64,000 nt of DNA from positions 1,313,887-1,377,886 of the forward strand of contig OZ246394.1 in the NCBI GenBank assembly GCA_965230895.1. The letters run 5' to 3'. Source of the DNA: an uncultured Gammaproteobacteria bacterium. Its GTDB lineage: Bacteria > Patescibacteriota > Microgenomatia > Levybacterales > UBA12049. A program made the position numbers and the translations under genes. This document shows, one piece after another, positions 30,757-41,372 of this stretch (position 1 is the first letter of the stretch; every line of letters begins with the position of its first letter). Below the pieces are notes generated by a model, which saw nothing but the letters and a program-made list of their open reading frames with translations, was not told where the DNA came from and did not search any database.

Positions 30757-31030
30757 TTTTCCACAGCTGCTTGTCTCCCTAGAAGAAACTCCTCTAAATG
30801 CGCTAAGGCCCATAGGGTATTTATCCACATCCCATAACAAAAAAATGTGGAGAACTGTGGAAAGATTAATGGTTTTAAGCCTGAATAGGTGTATCTTAAT
30901 CTGGCTACAGAAGGCAGTAGTGGAACGCCTAGCCTCAAAGTGTTTTGCTACAGGATAAATATGATATGAATAGATGCTATTTGAGTTCGTCGTCTTTTCT
31001 GTTTTCACATAAAGAATAATTTCTGGATAA
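30757..31030. promoter_or_regulatory. Cluster of DnaA boxes in a 1.4 kb AT-rich intergenic region (possible oriC)
   Basis: Perfect TTATCCACA at 30821-30829. Near matches: TTTTCCACA 30757-30765, and on the reverse strand TTCTCCACA 30846-30854, CTTTCCACA 30856-30864 and TTATCCAGA 31022-31030. Confidence 0.5.
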
Positions 31031-31318
31031 AAGTGGGTTGAGATTGATGTAAAAAAATCTTCTCTCAATATTTCGTTGCATTGTTTTGTATACATTTTGT
31101 CTAATGCTTTCAAATCATTTCAGTGAATTTAAGTTTGGGAGTAGGGGTTATTAATTATGGATCAAGAAATATTATTAAATGAGGCTATGAGTGTATGCAG
31201 GAGAAATTGCAATTTAAATAAGAAGCCTGGAAAAGTTGTTAGTCGTTAACCCTTTATTATTAATAATTTTATTCAATAATAGATGAATAGACTGATATTA
31301 TTAGTTAATTCTGTTGCA

Positions 31319-31630
31319 TTATTTCTTTTGTTGAGGTGGTGAGCTTTTCTGCCCAGGGCCTATTTCTTCTATTAACAATGTCTCAATGCCGAGAAACACA
31401 TGGACTTCATCTTTTTTAACCTTCATAACTGCTTGCTCAATTTTTAATTCCTTTACTTTCTGCTTCTGGTTATAAACATCTAATTGTGTGTGGATAATAG
31501 AGATGAAGTTCGCATGTTGAGGGTAAACATCGAACTTACCGACTTCATTAAACGATGTAATACGCTCAGCTTCGCCTTCATAAATGATGTTTTCGGTGTC
31601 TTCAACAATTACTTTAAGGGGGACTGACAT
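31319..31630 (-). CDS. atpC: F-type ATPase epsilon subunit, N-terminal beta-sandwich only
   Basis: LKVIVEDTENIIYEGEAERITSFNEVGKFDVYPQHANFISII aligns by eye with the epsilon 'G.FGILPGHAP' motif. Last gene of the atp cluster; no C-terminal helical hairpin. Confidence 0.8.
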   Translation of the reverse strand: MSVPLKVIVEDTENIIYEGEAERITSFNEVGKFDVYPQHANFISIIHTQLDVYNQKQKVKELKIEQAVMKVKKDEVHVFLGIETLLIEEIGPGQKSSPPQQKK

Positions 31631-31672
31631 ATTGTTAGGGTATCACGAAGCGAATATGGTGTACAAGCTTTA

Positions 31673-33166
<1,494 letters not shown>

Positions 33167-33172
33167 TTATCG

Positions 33173-34066
33173 TTATTCATCTATAAGTGAAAGTACTCCA
33201 GAGATAGTTTCTAGTTGTTTCTTATTTTGCATAAGATGTTTGATACGGACTTGTTCTGAATGAAGTTTCTTTGTTTCTTCTTCAATGTGAACAAGTGCTT
33301 CTTCCATCGCACTTACACGGGAAGCGTGGCGTGCCAACTGGTTTTCAAGGAGCGTCTGGGAAAACAGGTTTGCCATGATTTGTGTTTCAAAAAAGTGAAG
33401 GATTTTCTCTAAATCAGGTTCAAAGATAAAGCGATCTTCACGTGGAATTTCAACTGGAGTTTCTGTTTCAAATATGTCTTCACCACTAATACTTGTTTGG
33501 ATAGGGGTTTGTTTAACAACATTTCCAAACTTTCCATAATAGACATCAACTTTCTCGTATTGCAGGAACTTCTGCATTAATTGTTTAATATGATCAATCT
33601 CAACAGACGTATCAGGGATTTCAAAATATTCGAACTTTTTGCCAACTCCTGATGCTTCATACATTTCTTTTCCAGCTCGTCCAATGATGACAATATCTGT
33701 GTTTGATTCATCAGAATCTTTCACATCGGTGATAAAGAGTTTATATGTTTTTTGTGTTACAGATCCATACAATCTTCCGTTTGATGAGAGGTACACAAGG
33801 AGATTCTTTCCATTCTTTTGAAGAGTAGGGAGAATGTTTTTGTCACCTTTCTTCATTTTTTCGAGCAGTTCTTTTACTTCACGCCCGTAAGATGATTTCA
33901 AATCAACATACACATCAGAAAGGGAAGCAAGAAACGTACGAGTTTTCAAAACAGAATCTTTAATCTTTTGCATACGGACAACTGCGATTTCTTCATATGA
34001 TTCAGCTAAGTCTTTCAGACTGTTAAGTGCTTCTAATTCTTCCAGTACAATTTTTCTTTGCGGCAT
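33173..34066 (-). CDS. atpG: F-type ATPase gamma subunit (divergent)
   Basis: Lies between alpha and beta. N-terminal helix, SSNGRLYG (cf. SDRGLCG), FIFEPD and HASRVSAMEEA (cf. HAARMTAM). Confidence 0.88.
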   Translation of the reverse strand: MPQRKIVLEELEALNSLKDLAESYEEIAVVRMQKIKDSVLKTRTFLASLSDVYVDLKSSYGREVKELLEKMKKGDKNILPTLQKNGKNLLVYLSSNGRLYGSVTQKTYKLFITDVKDSDESNTDIVIIGRAGKEMYEASGVGKKFEYFEIPDTSVEIDHIKQLMQKFLQYEKVDVYYGKFGNVVKQTPIQTSISGEDIFETETPVEIPREDRFIFEPDLEKILHFFETQIMANLFSQTLLENQLARHASRVSAMEEALVHIEEETKKLHSEQVRIKHLMQNKKQLETISGVLSLIDE

Positions 34067-34071
34067 AGTAT

Positions 34072-35553
34072 TTACTGACCAATCTTTAAAAGTGTGTCTT
34101 TATGTTTTAGGACATTTTCATTAAAGACTTTAATATCATTTGTATTTTTAATTTCAAAAAGTAGTTTTTGTCCACCGTAGTGAGGGAAAATATATGCTTT
34201 GATCAATCCGTTTTTCACTTTCTCTAATACTTCTTTGTCCGGAATTAAATTCTGTAAAATCATTGAAAGGAGGATTAACTGAACAGCGAAAGGAACGGTA
34301 ATATGATATGACTGATTGAATAATTTATAAATCATTTCACCAAGACGCAAATCTTTTTTTACTTCATCAGTTAATTCCTGGCCAAAGTGGGAAAGATTTT
34401 GCAATTTATCGTAATTACTGAGAAAAGCAGTGAGTGACTTATTTACTTCACGAGAAAGCTTATCCATTGCTTGGCGCCCAACACGTGTAACGGAAAGAGG
34501 GATATTCACTGCAGGACGCATACCTTGATAGTAAATATTACTGTCCAAATAAATATGACCATCAGTAATACCCATGACATTTGTAGAAACATATCCAGTA
34601 AAGTCTCCTTCAACAATTTCAATAACCGGTAGGCAAGTGATTGAAACTTCTTTAATCATTGGATCTTTATGTTTGAAATTCCCTGCGCGTTCAAGAAGTT
34701 TTGAATGCACATAAAAGATATCTCCCGGATAGGAATCACGACCTGGGAAACGACGGGCAAGAAGCGATAGTTCTCGGTAGAATTTCGCGTGCGTTGAAAG
34801 ATCATCAAGGATTAATAACGTATGTTGTCCTTGATCTCTGAAATATTCAGCAATCGCCATTGCGGCATAGGGAGTTTGGTAAATAAGACTTGGTGAATCA
34901 TAGGAAGAAGTCGCAACGATGATAACTTTGTCAGCAATTTTCTCTTGCTCGAAGAATGCTTGCAGTTTTTTAATATCACTTTTCTTCTTTGCTATTGCTG
35001 CATAAATTGCGATGACGCCTTCATCAATTTGTTTTCTGATAGTCGTCATAAGGATTGCAGTTTTACCAGTTTTTCGATCTCCGATGATAAGTTCTCGTTG
35101 TCCTCGTCCAAGGGGGATAAGCAAATCAATAAGTGTAATTCCTGTTGCAAGAGGAGTCGCGATCTTTTGCCGGCCGGCGATACCAATTGGTTTTGCATCA
35201 AGATCTCGGAATTCCTTTGGAGGAGTAAAAGGCTTTGATGGATCAAGTGGTTCGCCAAGCGGATTGATTGTTTGTCCAAGCAATTCTTTTCCGACAGGAA
35301 CACTTAAGAGTTTATCTGTACGGACAACTTTTGTCCCAACTTTTACTGGATCATGAGAAAAGGTACGTACTTCAACTTTGCCACGGTTAATGGTAAAGAC
35401 TTCACCTTTTTGACCTGTTTCAAACATCACAACCTCATGGGTTTTTACTTTGGGTAAACCTTCAATAAAAACAATAGGATGGCTTACTTGGAATACGACA
35501 CCGTATTCACCGGTTTGTTGCATGATTTCATTGAATTGATTTTCGTTATTCAT
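34072..35553 (-). CDS. atpA: F-type ATPase alpha subunit (short N-terminus, divergent C-terminus)
   Basis: GRGQRELIIGDRKTGKT, DDLSTHA, RRFPGRDSYPGDIFYVHSKLLERAG, ITDGHIYL and arginine-finger SVTRVG. Confidence 0.95.
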   Translation of the reverse strand: MNNENQFNEIMQQTGEYGVVFQVSHPIVFIEGLPKVKTHEVVMFETGQKGEVFTINRGKVEVRTFSHDPVKVGTKVVRTDKLLSVPVGKELLGQTINPLGEPLDPSKPFTPPKEFRDLDAKPIGIAGRQKIATPLATGITLIDLLIPLGRGQRELIIGDRKTGKTAILMTTIRKQIDEGVIAIYAAIAKKKSDIKKLQAFFEQEKIADKVIIVATSSYDSPSLIYQTPYAAMAIAEYFRDQGQHTLLILDDLSTHAKFYRELSLLARRFPGRDSYPGDIFYVHSKLLERAGNFKHKDPMIKEVSITCLPVIEIVEGDFTGYVSTNVMGITDGHIYLDSNIYYQGMRPAVNIPLSVTRVGRQAMDKLSREVNKSLTAFLSNYDKLQNLSHFGQELTDEVKKDLRLGEMIYKLFNQSYHITVPFAVQLILLSMILQNLIPDKEVLEKVKNGLIKAYIFPHYGGQKLLFEIKNTNDIKVFNENVLKHKDTLLKIGQ

Positions 35554-35555
35554 AG

Positions 35556-36083
35556 TTAATTATGTGCTGGTTGCTGCTGCTCTTTTGACGCTTCTTTTTC
35601 AGGTTGTTTTTCCACTGAATTTGTCATCATCTGTTGGACAATCTTATCGAAGAGCGGCTTGATAGATCCATCAACAAACTTTCCTTTATATTGTAATTTT
35701 GCTCCAGCAATCAAATTTGTATCAACCGTAACTTCGAGTAACATTTGCTTTTTTATATTCATGAGGAACCATTCTGAAAGTGCTTGAAGTGTTTTTTCTT
35801 TCGGCTCAAAAGCAATTGTCATACTGAGGACGGGGAGAGTATTGATGGTCGTTTGTATTTTTGCAAAGAACTTTTTTAGATCAGCAGGTGATTCAGGATT
35901 TATTTTGTTATCTCGAAGTAACGTCATAAACTTGTCTTTCTTTTGGATTCCAAATTCGTCAAGCAAAGTGCCTTCCAAGTTGAAATTCGTTTCATACACC
36001 TTGGCCGAAATTCCAGCCAATCGTTGGTTGAAATCCATTGCTTGCGCTTTGGTCTTAAAAAATGATGATAAATCGAGTTCCAT
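35556..36083 (-). CDS. atpH: F-type ATPase delta-like subunit
   Basis: C-terminal VDTNLIAGAKLQYKGKFVDGSI matches the delta/OSCP 'VD..LIGG......D.S' motif; directly upstream of atpA. Confidence 0.78.
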   Translation of the reverse strand: MELDLSSFFKTKAQAMDFNQRLAGISAKVYETNFNLEGTLLDEFGIQKKDKFMTLLRDNKINPESPADLKKFFAKIQTTINTLPVLSMTIAFEPKEKTLQALSEWFLMNIKKQMLLEVTVDTNLIAGAKLQYKGKFVDGSIKPLFDKIVQQMMTNSVEKQPEKEASKEQQQPAHN

Positions 36084-36718
36084 TATTCAAACATGCCTTC
36101 CCGTTTTGCTTTATCGAGTGATTCGATAAGAAGTTTTTGATGTTCTTCTGTAGAGATAGATTTATTCAGAACATCTTGTGCGACTTTTTGTGTAATGCCT
36201 TTTATCATTTGTTCGGTTTGCTTAATACGTGCTTGCTTATATTCAAGCAGTTCACGCTCAAGAGCGGGGAGCATATCATCTTGAAAATGCAATGCTTGCT
36301 TATGTAATCCTTCTTGCATCTCTTTCGAAATAACTTTGAAGTCTTCTAACGATTGATCGGTAAGCTTTTTCAACTCATGCTGGTATTTGTCTCGATAGCT
36401 TTGCGCAATATTGCTTGTGTCTTTGACAATATCGGTTTCCATTTTCTGCAATGATTGGTCAACAGAATCTTTGGAGGTTTGTGCCACAAATTGTGTTTCA
36501 GATATAATTTGACTCGCTTCGGATGTCGCATCATCAAGGATTTTGCGTTCTTTATTTAGCGCATCATCAACAACTTTATGATATTCAGTATCTGTCTTCT
36601 TCTCTCGCTTTTCCAAATCTTTTTCTCTTGAATAGAGGCGCATCATGTAGTAGCCAACAAAGAGGAACAATACCAAATCGGCTGTTAAAGACATGGCTTG
36701 ATAGAATGTGGGCAGCAT
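36083..36718 (-). CDS. atpF: ATPase subunit b-like peripheral stalk (elongated, 211 aa)
   Basis: Single N-terminal TM, long charged coiled coil, C-terminal VAQDVLNKSISTEEHQKLLIESL like b subunits; overlaps the atpH start. Confidence 0.68.
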   Translation of the reverse strand: MLPTFYQAMSLTADLVLFLFVGYYMMRLYSREKDLEKREKKTDTEYHKVVDDALNKERKILDDATSEASQIISETQFVAQTSKDSVDQSLQKMETDIVKDTSNIAQSYRDKYQHELKKLTDQSLEDFKVISKEMQEGLHKQALHFQDDMLPALERELLEYKQARIKQTEQMIKGITQKVAQDVLNKSISTEEHQKLLIESLDKAKREGMFE

Positions 36719-36762
36719 AGTTATCTTATTTTAGCAGAAATCGGGAAGCTTTGACGCTTGGT

Positions 36763-37569
36763 TTATAGCCTCAAAATTAAGAATGAAACAGTCATTCCTG
36801 CAGCAACGATGATGACAACAATTCCAACATTAAACATAATTCCCAAATGGATAATACGACTTGCTGAGGGATTTCTTCCAAGAGCTTCCACCCCTTTTGC
36901 TGCAGTTCGCCCAAAAGTCATGAATGCAAGCACAAATGAGGCGATGACTACGAGTGCTGCAACAATATACTTGAAAAGTGGTGTTGGACCATCTTTTGTC
37001 GGAAGCAAAGCAAATTTGAAGATATCGGTCAATGAACCAGGAAATGTTGGTTTTGCATTGAAGTAGTGAAGATTAAACTCGACTGCAATCAATCCTGCTT
37101 CTGTTTGATTTGAATTGACGTAATCTTCAAGCGCAGTTCCAAGCACATATCCATCTTTAACTGCTTTTACTCCAACTCCTGGAATCGTTGATGTCGCGAT
37201 AAGATCACCTTTTTTAATTGGGCCTTCCTTATTTGAAACCAACACATACACTGTACCTACAGAAATGACTGGGACACCATTTTCAGTCGCACTATTATTA
37301 AGGATTATGCCTGCATCACGTGAGACAACTCCCATAACTTGAGCATCATAGGGGATATTGGAAAGGACATTACCTTTGTCAGATGAAGAGATAATACTTC
37401 CATCTTTAACATTTTTGACGCTGACATCTACCATTCTGGCGACACCGAGTGTGCCTGCACCTTGTACTGATGATCCTTGAGCATGTGCTTGCGGAACAAT
37501 TGTAATGAAGAGTGATAGGAGAGGTATAAGTATCAAGAGTGTTGATTTTATGAGTGAGGCAGAGAACAT
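36763..37569 (-). CDS. Fusion: signal peptide + extracellular tail-fibre-chaperone-like domain + C-terminal ATP synthase subunit c-like hairpin lacking the ion-binding Asp/Glu
   Basis: Occupies the atpE position. Residues 200-268 form two TM helices around AAKGVEALGRNP (c-subunit loop, cf. EAIARNP/RQP). Signal peptide ends ...QAHA|Q. The middle domain has YD..VMGVVS...VPVISVGTVYVLVS...GPIKKGDLIATSTIPGVGVKA...GYVLGTALE. Confidence 0.8.
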   Translation of the reverse strand: MFSASLIKSTLLILIPLLSLFITIVPQAHAQGSSVQGAGTLGVARMVDVSVKNVKDGSIISSSDKGNVLSNIPYDAQVMGVVSRDAGIILNNSATENGVPVISVGTVYVLVSNKEGPIKKGDLIATSTIPGVGVKAVKDGYVLGTALEDYVNSNQTEAGLIAVEFNLHYFNAKPTFPGSLTDIFKFALLPTKDGPTPLFKYIVAALVVIASFVLAFMTFGRTAAKGVEALGRNPSASRIIHLGIMFNVGIVVIIVAAGMTVSFLILRL

Positions 37570-37602
37570 ACTATTATAGTAACATACTAGAAGGATACTA
37601 GA

Positions 37603-38352
37603 CTATTTTGGTTGGAAATTTGTGAATTCCTGGGCACAATTATTGCCGACACAAGAGACACAACTATAGGTGAAGTTTCCAACGATTGCAGCATGGTGGA
37701 TAGGGTCATTAACCCACCAATTAAACGCAGATTCTTCGGTACTCATCGAAATAATATTTTCTGTATTCCAATAAGAAAGTGCTCTTGAATTGAGACCTGC
37801 ATGAAGGTTTCCTGATGCAACTTCGCCCGCAACTTCAGGTGCTCTTGAAGCTGCTAAACTACACACTTGGTCATTTTTCTGCAATGCAGGTAATCCTCTC
37901 GCAGCGCGGTAATCGTTTGCCATTGAGAATAATTTTTCTGCATCCAATCCACCAGGATTTGCTGTTGATTGGGGAGCTGCTGCTGGAGGTGTTAATGGTG
38001 CTTTTGTTGGTGTTGGAAGATCTTTATCTGTTGGGAGAGGGGTTGGAGTTACTGCGGATTTCTTTGCGTTTGTCGGGGCTTGAGTTGGTGTAATTGACGG
38101 AAGTGTTTTCGGCTCTGCAAGGGCGGATACATAGATAGTTGGGGTAGGATTAGCTAACTTTTCAGGTACTGAAGTAGGATCTATGGCTGCGGTTGTTTGT
38201 GCAGCTAAGACTTGTGGTGTATCCTTCGTTTTTGCGAGAGGAGTGATCGGTTCTGTGGTAGTCTGAGCGTGTGCTACTGTGTGAAATACCACAGTAAAGA
38301 AGCAGAACGCGTATACTGAGAGCAGCGAATAGCCTACTAATTTTCTCCGCAT
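37603..38352 (-). CDS. Secreted CAP (SCP/YkwD-like) domain protein with Pro/Thr linker
   Basis: Signal ...VAHA|Q, Pro/Thr-rich stalk, then NDYRAARGLPAL, ENI and WWVNDPIHHAAI. Confidence 0.85.
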   Translation of the reverse strand: MRRKLVGYSLLSVYAFCFFTVVFHTVAHAQTTTEPITPLAKTKDTPQVLAAQTTAAIDPTSVPEKLANPTPTIYVSALAEPKTLPSITPTQAPTNAKKSAVTPTPLPTDKDLPTPTKAPLTPPAAAPQSTANPGGLDAEKLFSMANDYRAARGLPALQKNDQVCSLAASRAPEVAGEVASGNLHAGLNSRALSYWNTENIISMSTEESAFNWWVNDPIHHAAIVGNFTYSCVSCVGNNCAQEFTNFQPK

Positions 38353-38444
38353 TTATATATGGTAGCATGAAATCGTAAATGCGAAAACGGTTATAGTAAT
38401 TCTATTACATTCTGAACTTGTGAAAAGTAGAGGTTAGAGTATTT

Positions 38445-39746
38445 TCACTGTTCTGAAGCGGCTTTTGTAACGGTTTGGAGGACAAGGTCAGGAACATAAA
38501 TGAACTCATCTTTGGCATACCCATTTCTAAGGAGGGCGTCGTGAACATTCTTTGAAAGGACGACTGGGTAATAGTCATCAATCTTGCGCGAGAGCGTTTG
38601 TTGCTCAGTTTGATCTTCAAAGAGATCGTATCCAATGGTGAGTGTGCCTCGTTTGCTTGGAATAGGTTTATATCCAAGCTCCTTTAATCGGTAAAAGAAA
38701 CGGTCTTTGTATTCTGCAATCCCATCTTTTGTGGCTCTAAAAACAATTTTGCGGCCATTGGCTATCTTGAGCACTCTTTTCAAAACAATATCTGAAGGAT
38801 CAATCAAAGTAATGTTTTGGTATTTGTTGGCTATTGAAGCAAGAGAGATGATATCTTCACTCTTGGGTACCACTCGGTGCTGATCCTCTGACTGCACAAA
38901 GCTTTTATGAAATCTATCTCCAATGATGATAATTCTTTTCGGATCCCATCCTTCTTCATTCTCAATGACACGAATATTTTGGCATAGAATATCAAGTTTG
39001 TGTGGCGAAACATCATATGCCTTTTCTCCAGGTAAAAATATCTGGTCATCTTTGACAGGAAAGAAGACATATTCTCCAGCCGTTGAGCCACTGGATTTAA
39101 TCAATGTTTGCTTCAGGTTATCGTACATCCCATCAGTGTTATAAAGGCTCCAAAAGCGAGTGTAATAAGGCTTACTTTCGCTTAGTGTTACAGTCTCGTC
39201 ATCGTAGTGATTGAGGACAAACTGCGCTCCGATAAAGTCACCTTTGCCAATAAAAAGTATTGAATGCCCGTCACGCATTTTGAAGCTTGCCGTACCATTG
39301 GTAATCTGTTCCTGAAGCATCTTCTTCGCTGCATAGACCGTATCAAGCCATGTTCGACGATCAATCGCATCGATGAGTTTTTTTATGCCAAAGATACCAA
39401 AAGAGTAAAGAATGATATTTGGGATATGATAAATAAAGTTTGCTTTGCGGACTGGTTCTCCGATCAGATCCCAAAGGTAATCAACGCCGGTAAGGATTGG
39501 AGGAGGGAAGTTCGTCCAACTTGGCAGACCTGCAGCGAACTGGGCAAATTCCTTCGGAAAGGCCATAAATAGAAATCCAAAGGCAAGGGAAGACGGGACA
39601 GCAATTTGTTTCAACAATTTCGTTGTGCGGTTTTGTTTGGAGACTTTTTCAAAATCAAGAAGGTGATTGATCTCATCAGCGGTAAGCGGCTGATTTTTGA
39701 TGATCTTTTGAGCTGTATCCACAAGCTTTTTCTTCTGATAGTGCAT
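38445..39746 (-). CDS. Hypothetical membrane protein (2 N-terminal TMs + large soluble domain)
   Basis: 433 aa ORF with hydrophobic segments at about aa 48-64 and 104-121. No family recognised, and no atpB 'LRLFGN' motif. Confidence 0.7.
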   Translation of the reverse strand: MHYQKKKLVDTAQKIIKNQPLTADEINHLLDFEKVSKQNRTTKLLKQIAVPSSLAFGFLFMAFPKEFAQFAAGLPSWTNFPPPILTGVDYLWDLIGEPVRKANFIYHIPNIILYSFGIFGIKKLIDAIDRRTWLDTVYAAKKMLQEQITNGTASFKMRDGHSILFIGKGDFIGAQFVLNHYDDETVTLSESKPYYTRFWSLYNTDGMYDNLKQTLIKSSGSTAGEYVFFPVKDDQIFLPGEKAYDVSPHKLDILCQNIRVIENEEGWDPKRIIIIGDRFHKSFVQSEDQHRVVPKSEDIISLASIANKYQNITLIDPSDIVLKRVLKIANGRKIVFRATKDGIAEYKDRFFYRLKELGYKPIPSKRGTLTIGYDLFEDQTEQQTLSRKIDDYYPVVLSKNVHDALLRNGYAKDEFIYVPDLVLQTVTKAASEQ

Positions 39747-39819
39747 GCAGAAGTATTATAGATCAGGATCTAATTATTTTGAAGAGTCAGTCTAAAGCAA
39801 GTTCTGCTACACTGGAGGT

Positions 39820-41160
39820 ATGTCATCCTTGAATGCCTTAACAGATCCGACATTAGCAATTATTTTTGAAGCTTCACCTCTGGGCCTTGGTCATTTACGA
39901 GTGTCAGACGCGCTCTATCATGGTTTGCCAAAGAATGCTTCGCCTATTTTACTTGGGGCACAGGCTCCAAAGTCTAGTGCAATGTATCGATTCGCCAGCG
40001 TGCATAGAAGTACAAGAACATTACTTGAGATGATGCAGCTTCCGCCACTTGATCAACCAGTGGCAGCCGTTATGAGAAGATTACTCCGGCTACAATCGAA
40101 AGAAGTCTATCGCCATGTGCGTACAATTCTTAATGAACGATTCACAGTACCGCAAACTGTTCTCATGGTCGCTACTCATGCTATCCATGCGCATCCTTTA
40201 GGTGCCATTAAGAAACAAATGAGTAGAGACTTGGGGATTCAGGCATTTCTTGTTGTGCAAGTAACTGATGATAGTCCTCAGGCAATCTGGTATGTGCCTG
40301 ATGCTGATTGTATTTTTGTTCCAAGTGAATACACGAAAAAGAAGCTTGAAGAATATGCTACTAAGGCACACCTTCCTAAAGTTCCAATCGTTGTTACTGC
40401 GTATCCGATAAGTCCATTGTTAACAGAAGAGTTGTCTGCGTATGATGTTGAAAATCGTAAGGAGCAATTAAATCCTCATTCTGCAGAGAAAATTCATATC
40501 TCCGTACCAATTTCTGGAGCTGCAGTTGGAACTGCATTCAATGCATTATTTATTCAATCATTACGGAGTCTCTCAGATCGATTCCAATTTCATGTTGTCG
40601 TCCGAGAGGCGCAGTTCACCCAATCATTTCTGCAAGCCATGAAAGATTTGCCATATGTTCAGCTAACTGTTTCAACTCACGAACGTGCAACAGTCGATAA
40701 TTATGAGAAATCGTTCAAACAGACGACAATGTCACTGGAACTTACAAAGCCAAGTGAGCAAACATTTAAAGTGTTGGCTGAACCAAAACAGCGAGGGGGA
40801 GTAATAATGTTGTTTACGAAACCAATTGGAGGGCAGGAATACGATAATGTTCGTTTTCTCCACACTCATGGTCTTGTCCCTTCGGAACGCGAAACTGAAA
40901 TGCTTTGGAAACTGGCAGGACGTGCATCTGTAGTCAACGAAGAGATTCTTGCAAAAGCACATACTTGGCGAGGATTAATCGTTCCTGAAGAACCTCAAGC
41001 TGCAGCAGCATTCACTCAATGGTGTTTAGGATCAGGACTGTTGAAAAAGATGATGCAATACACCTTATCGAGTAAACTCCCTGAATCTAAATCAAATGGA
41101 GTAGAACAATTCTGGACAAAAGTTGTACAGTTACTTGAACAGCGGGTTGTAACAACCTAA
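39820..41160 (+). CDS. GT-B glycosyltransferase, UgtP/MGDG-synthase (GT28)-like
   Basis: GLGH, VQVTDD..W...ADCIFVPSE, TKPSE and PIGGQEYDN motifs. Confidence 0.65.
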   Translation: MSSLNALTDPTLAIIFEASPLGLGHLRVSDALYHGLPKNASPILLGAQAPKSSAMYRFASVHRSTRTLLEMMQLPPLDQPVAAVMRRLLRLQSKEVYRHVRTILNERFTVPQTVLMVATHAIHAHPLGAIKKQMSRDLGIQAFLVVQVTDDSPQAIWYVPDADCIFVPSEYTKKKLEEYATKAHLPKVPIVVTAYPISPLLTEELSAYDVENRKEQLNPHSAEKIHISVPISGAAVGTAFNALFIQSLRSLSDRFQFHVVVREAQFTQSFLQAMKDLPYVQLTVSTHERATVDNYEKSFKQTTMSLELTKPSEQTFKVLAEPKQRGGVIMLFTKPIGGQEYDNVRFLHTHGLVPSERETEMLWKLAGRASVVNEEILAKAHTWRGLIVPEEPQAAAAFTQWCLGSGLLKKMMQYTLSSKLPESKSNGVEQFWTKVVQLLEQRVVTT

Positions 41161-41372
41161 TCTTTCATCATTTTTACCTCCTTCTTACAGTTCATACCAT
41201 TTACTTCTTACATCAACTCGTTATAGTGGTAGATAGATAAGTTCAGGTATCTAGTTACTCAAATTGACAAAACCCGCCGCTACTCGAAGGCAGTAAGAAT
41301 AGCAATGGCGGGCCTTGTCACATTTAGAGCCTCATGAAACTTCTAAAGATGTGATATGATATCGCTCAACAC

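Noticed and set aside
30714-31113. ORFs of 120 aa and 74 aa in the intergenic gap
   Set aside because: TTG starts, atypical composition, no recognisable motif, and they overlap the DnaA-box cluster.
38445-39746. Divergent atpB (subunit a)
   Set aside because: Only about two TM segments, mostly soluble, with no conserved Arg-containing LRLFGN-like helix.
41265-41320. SRP (4.5S) RNA or a known riboswitch
   Set aside because: Lacks the CAGG...GNRA...AGCA helix-8 signature and any riboswitch consensus I can recognise.
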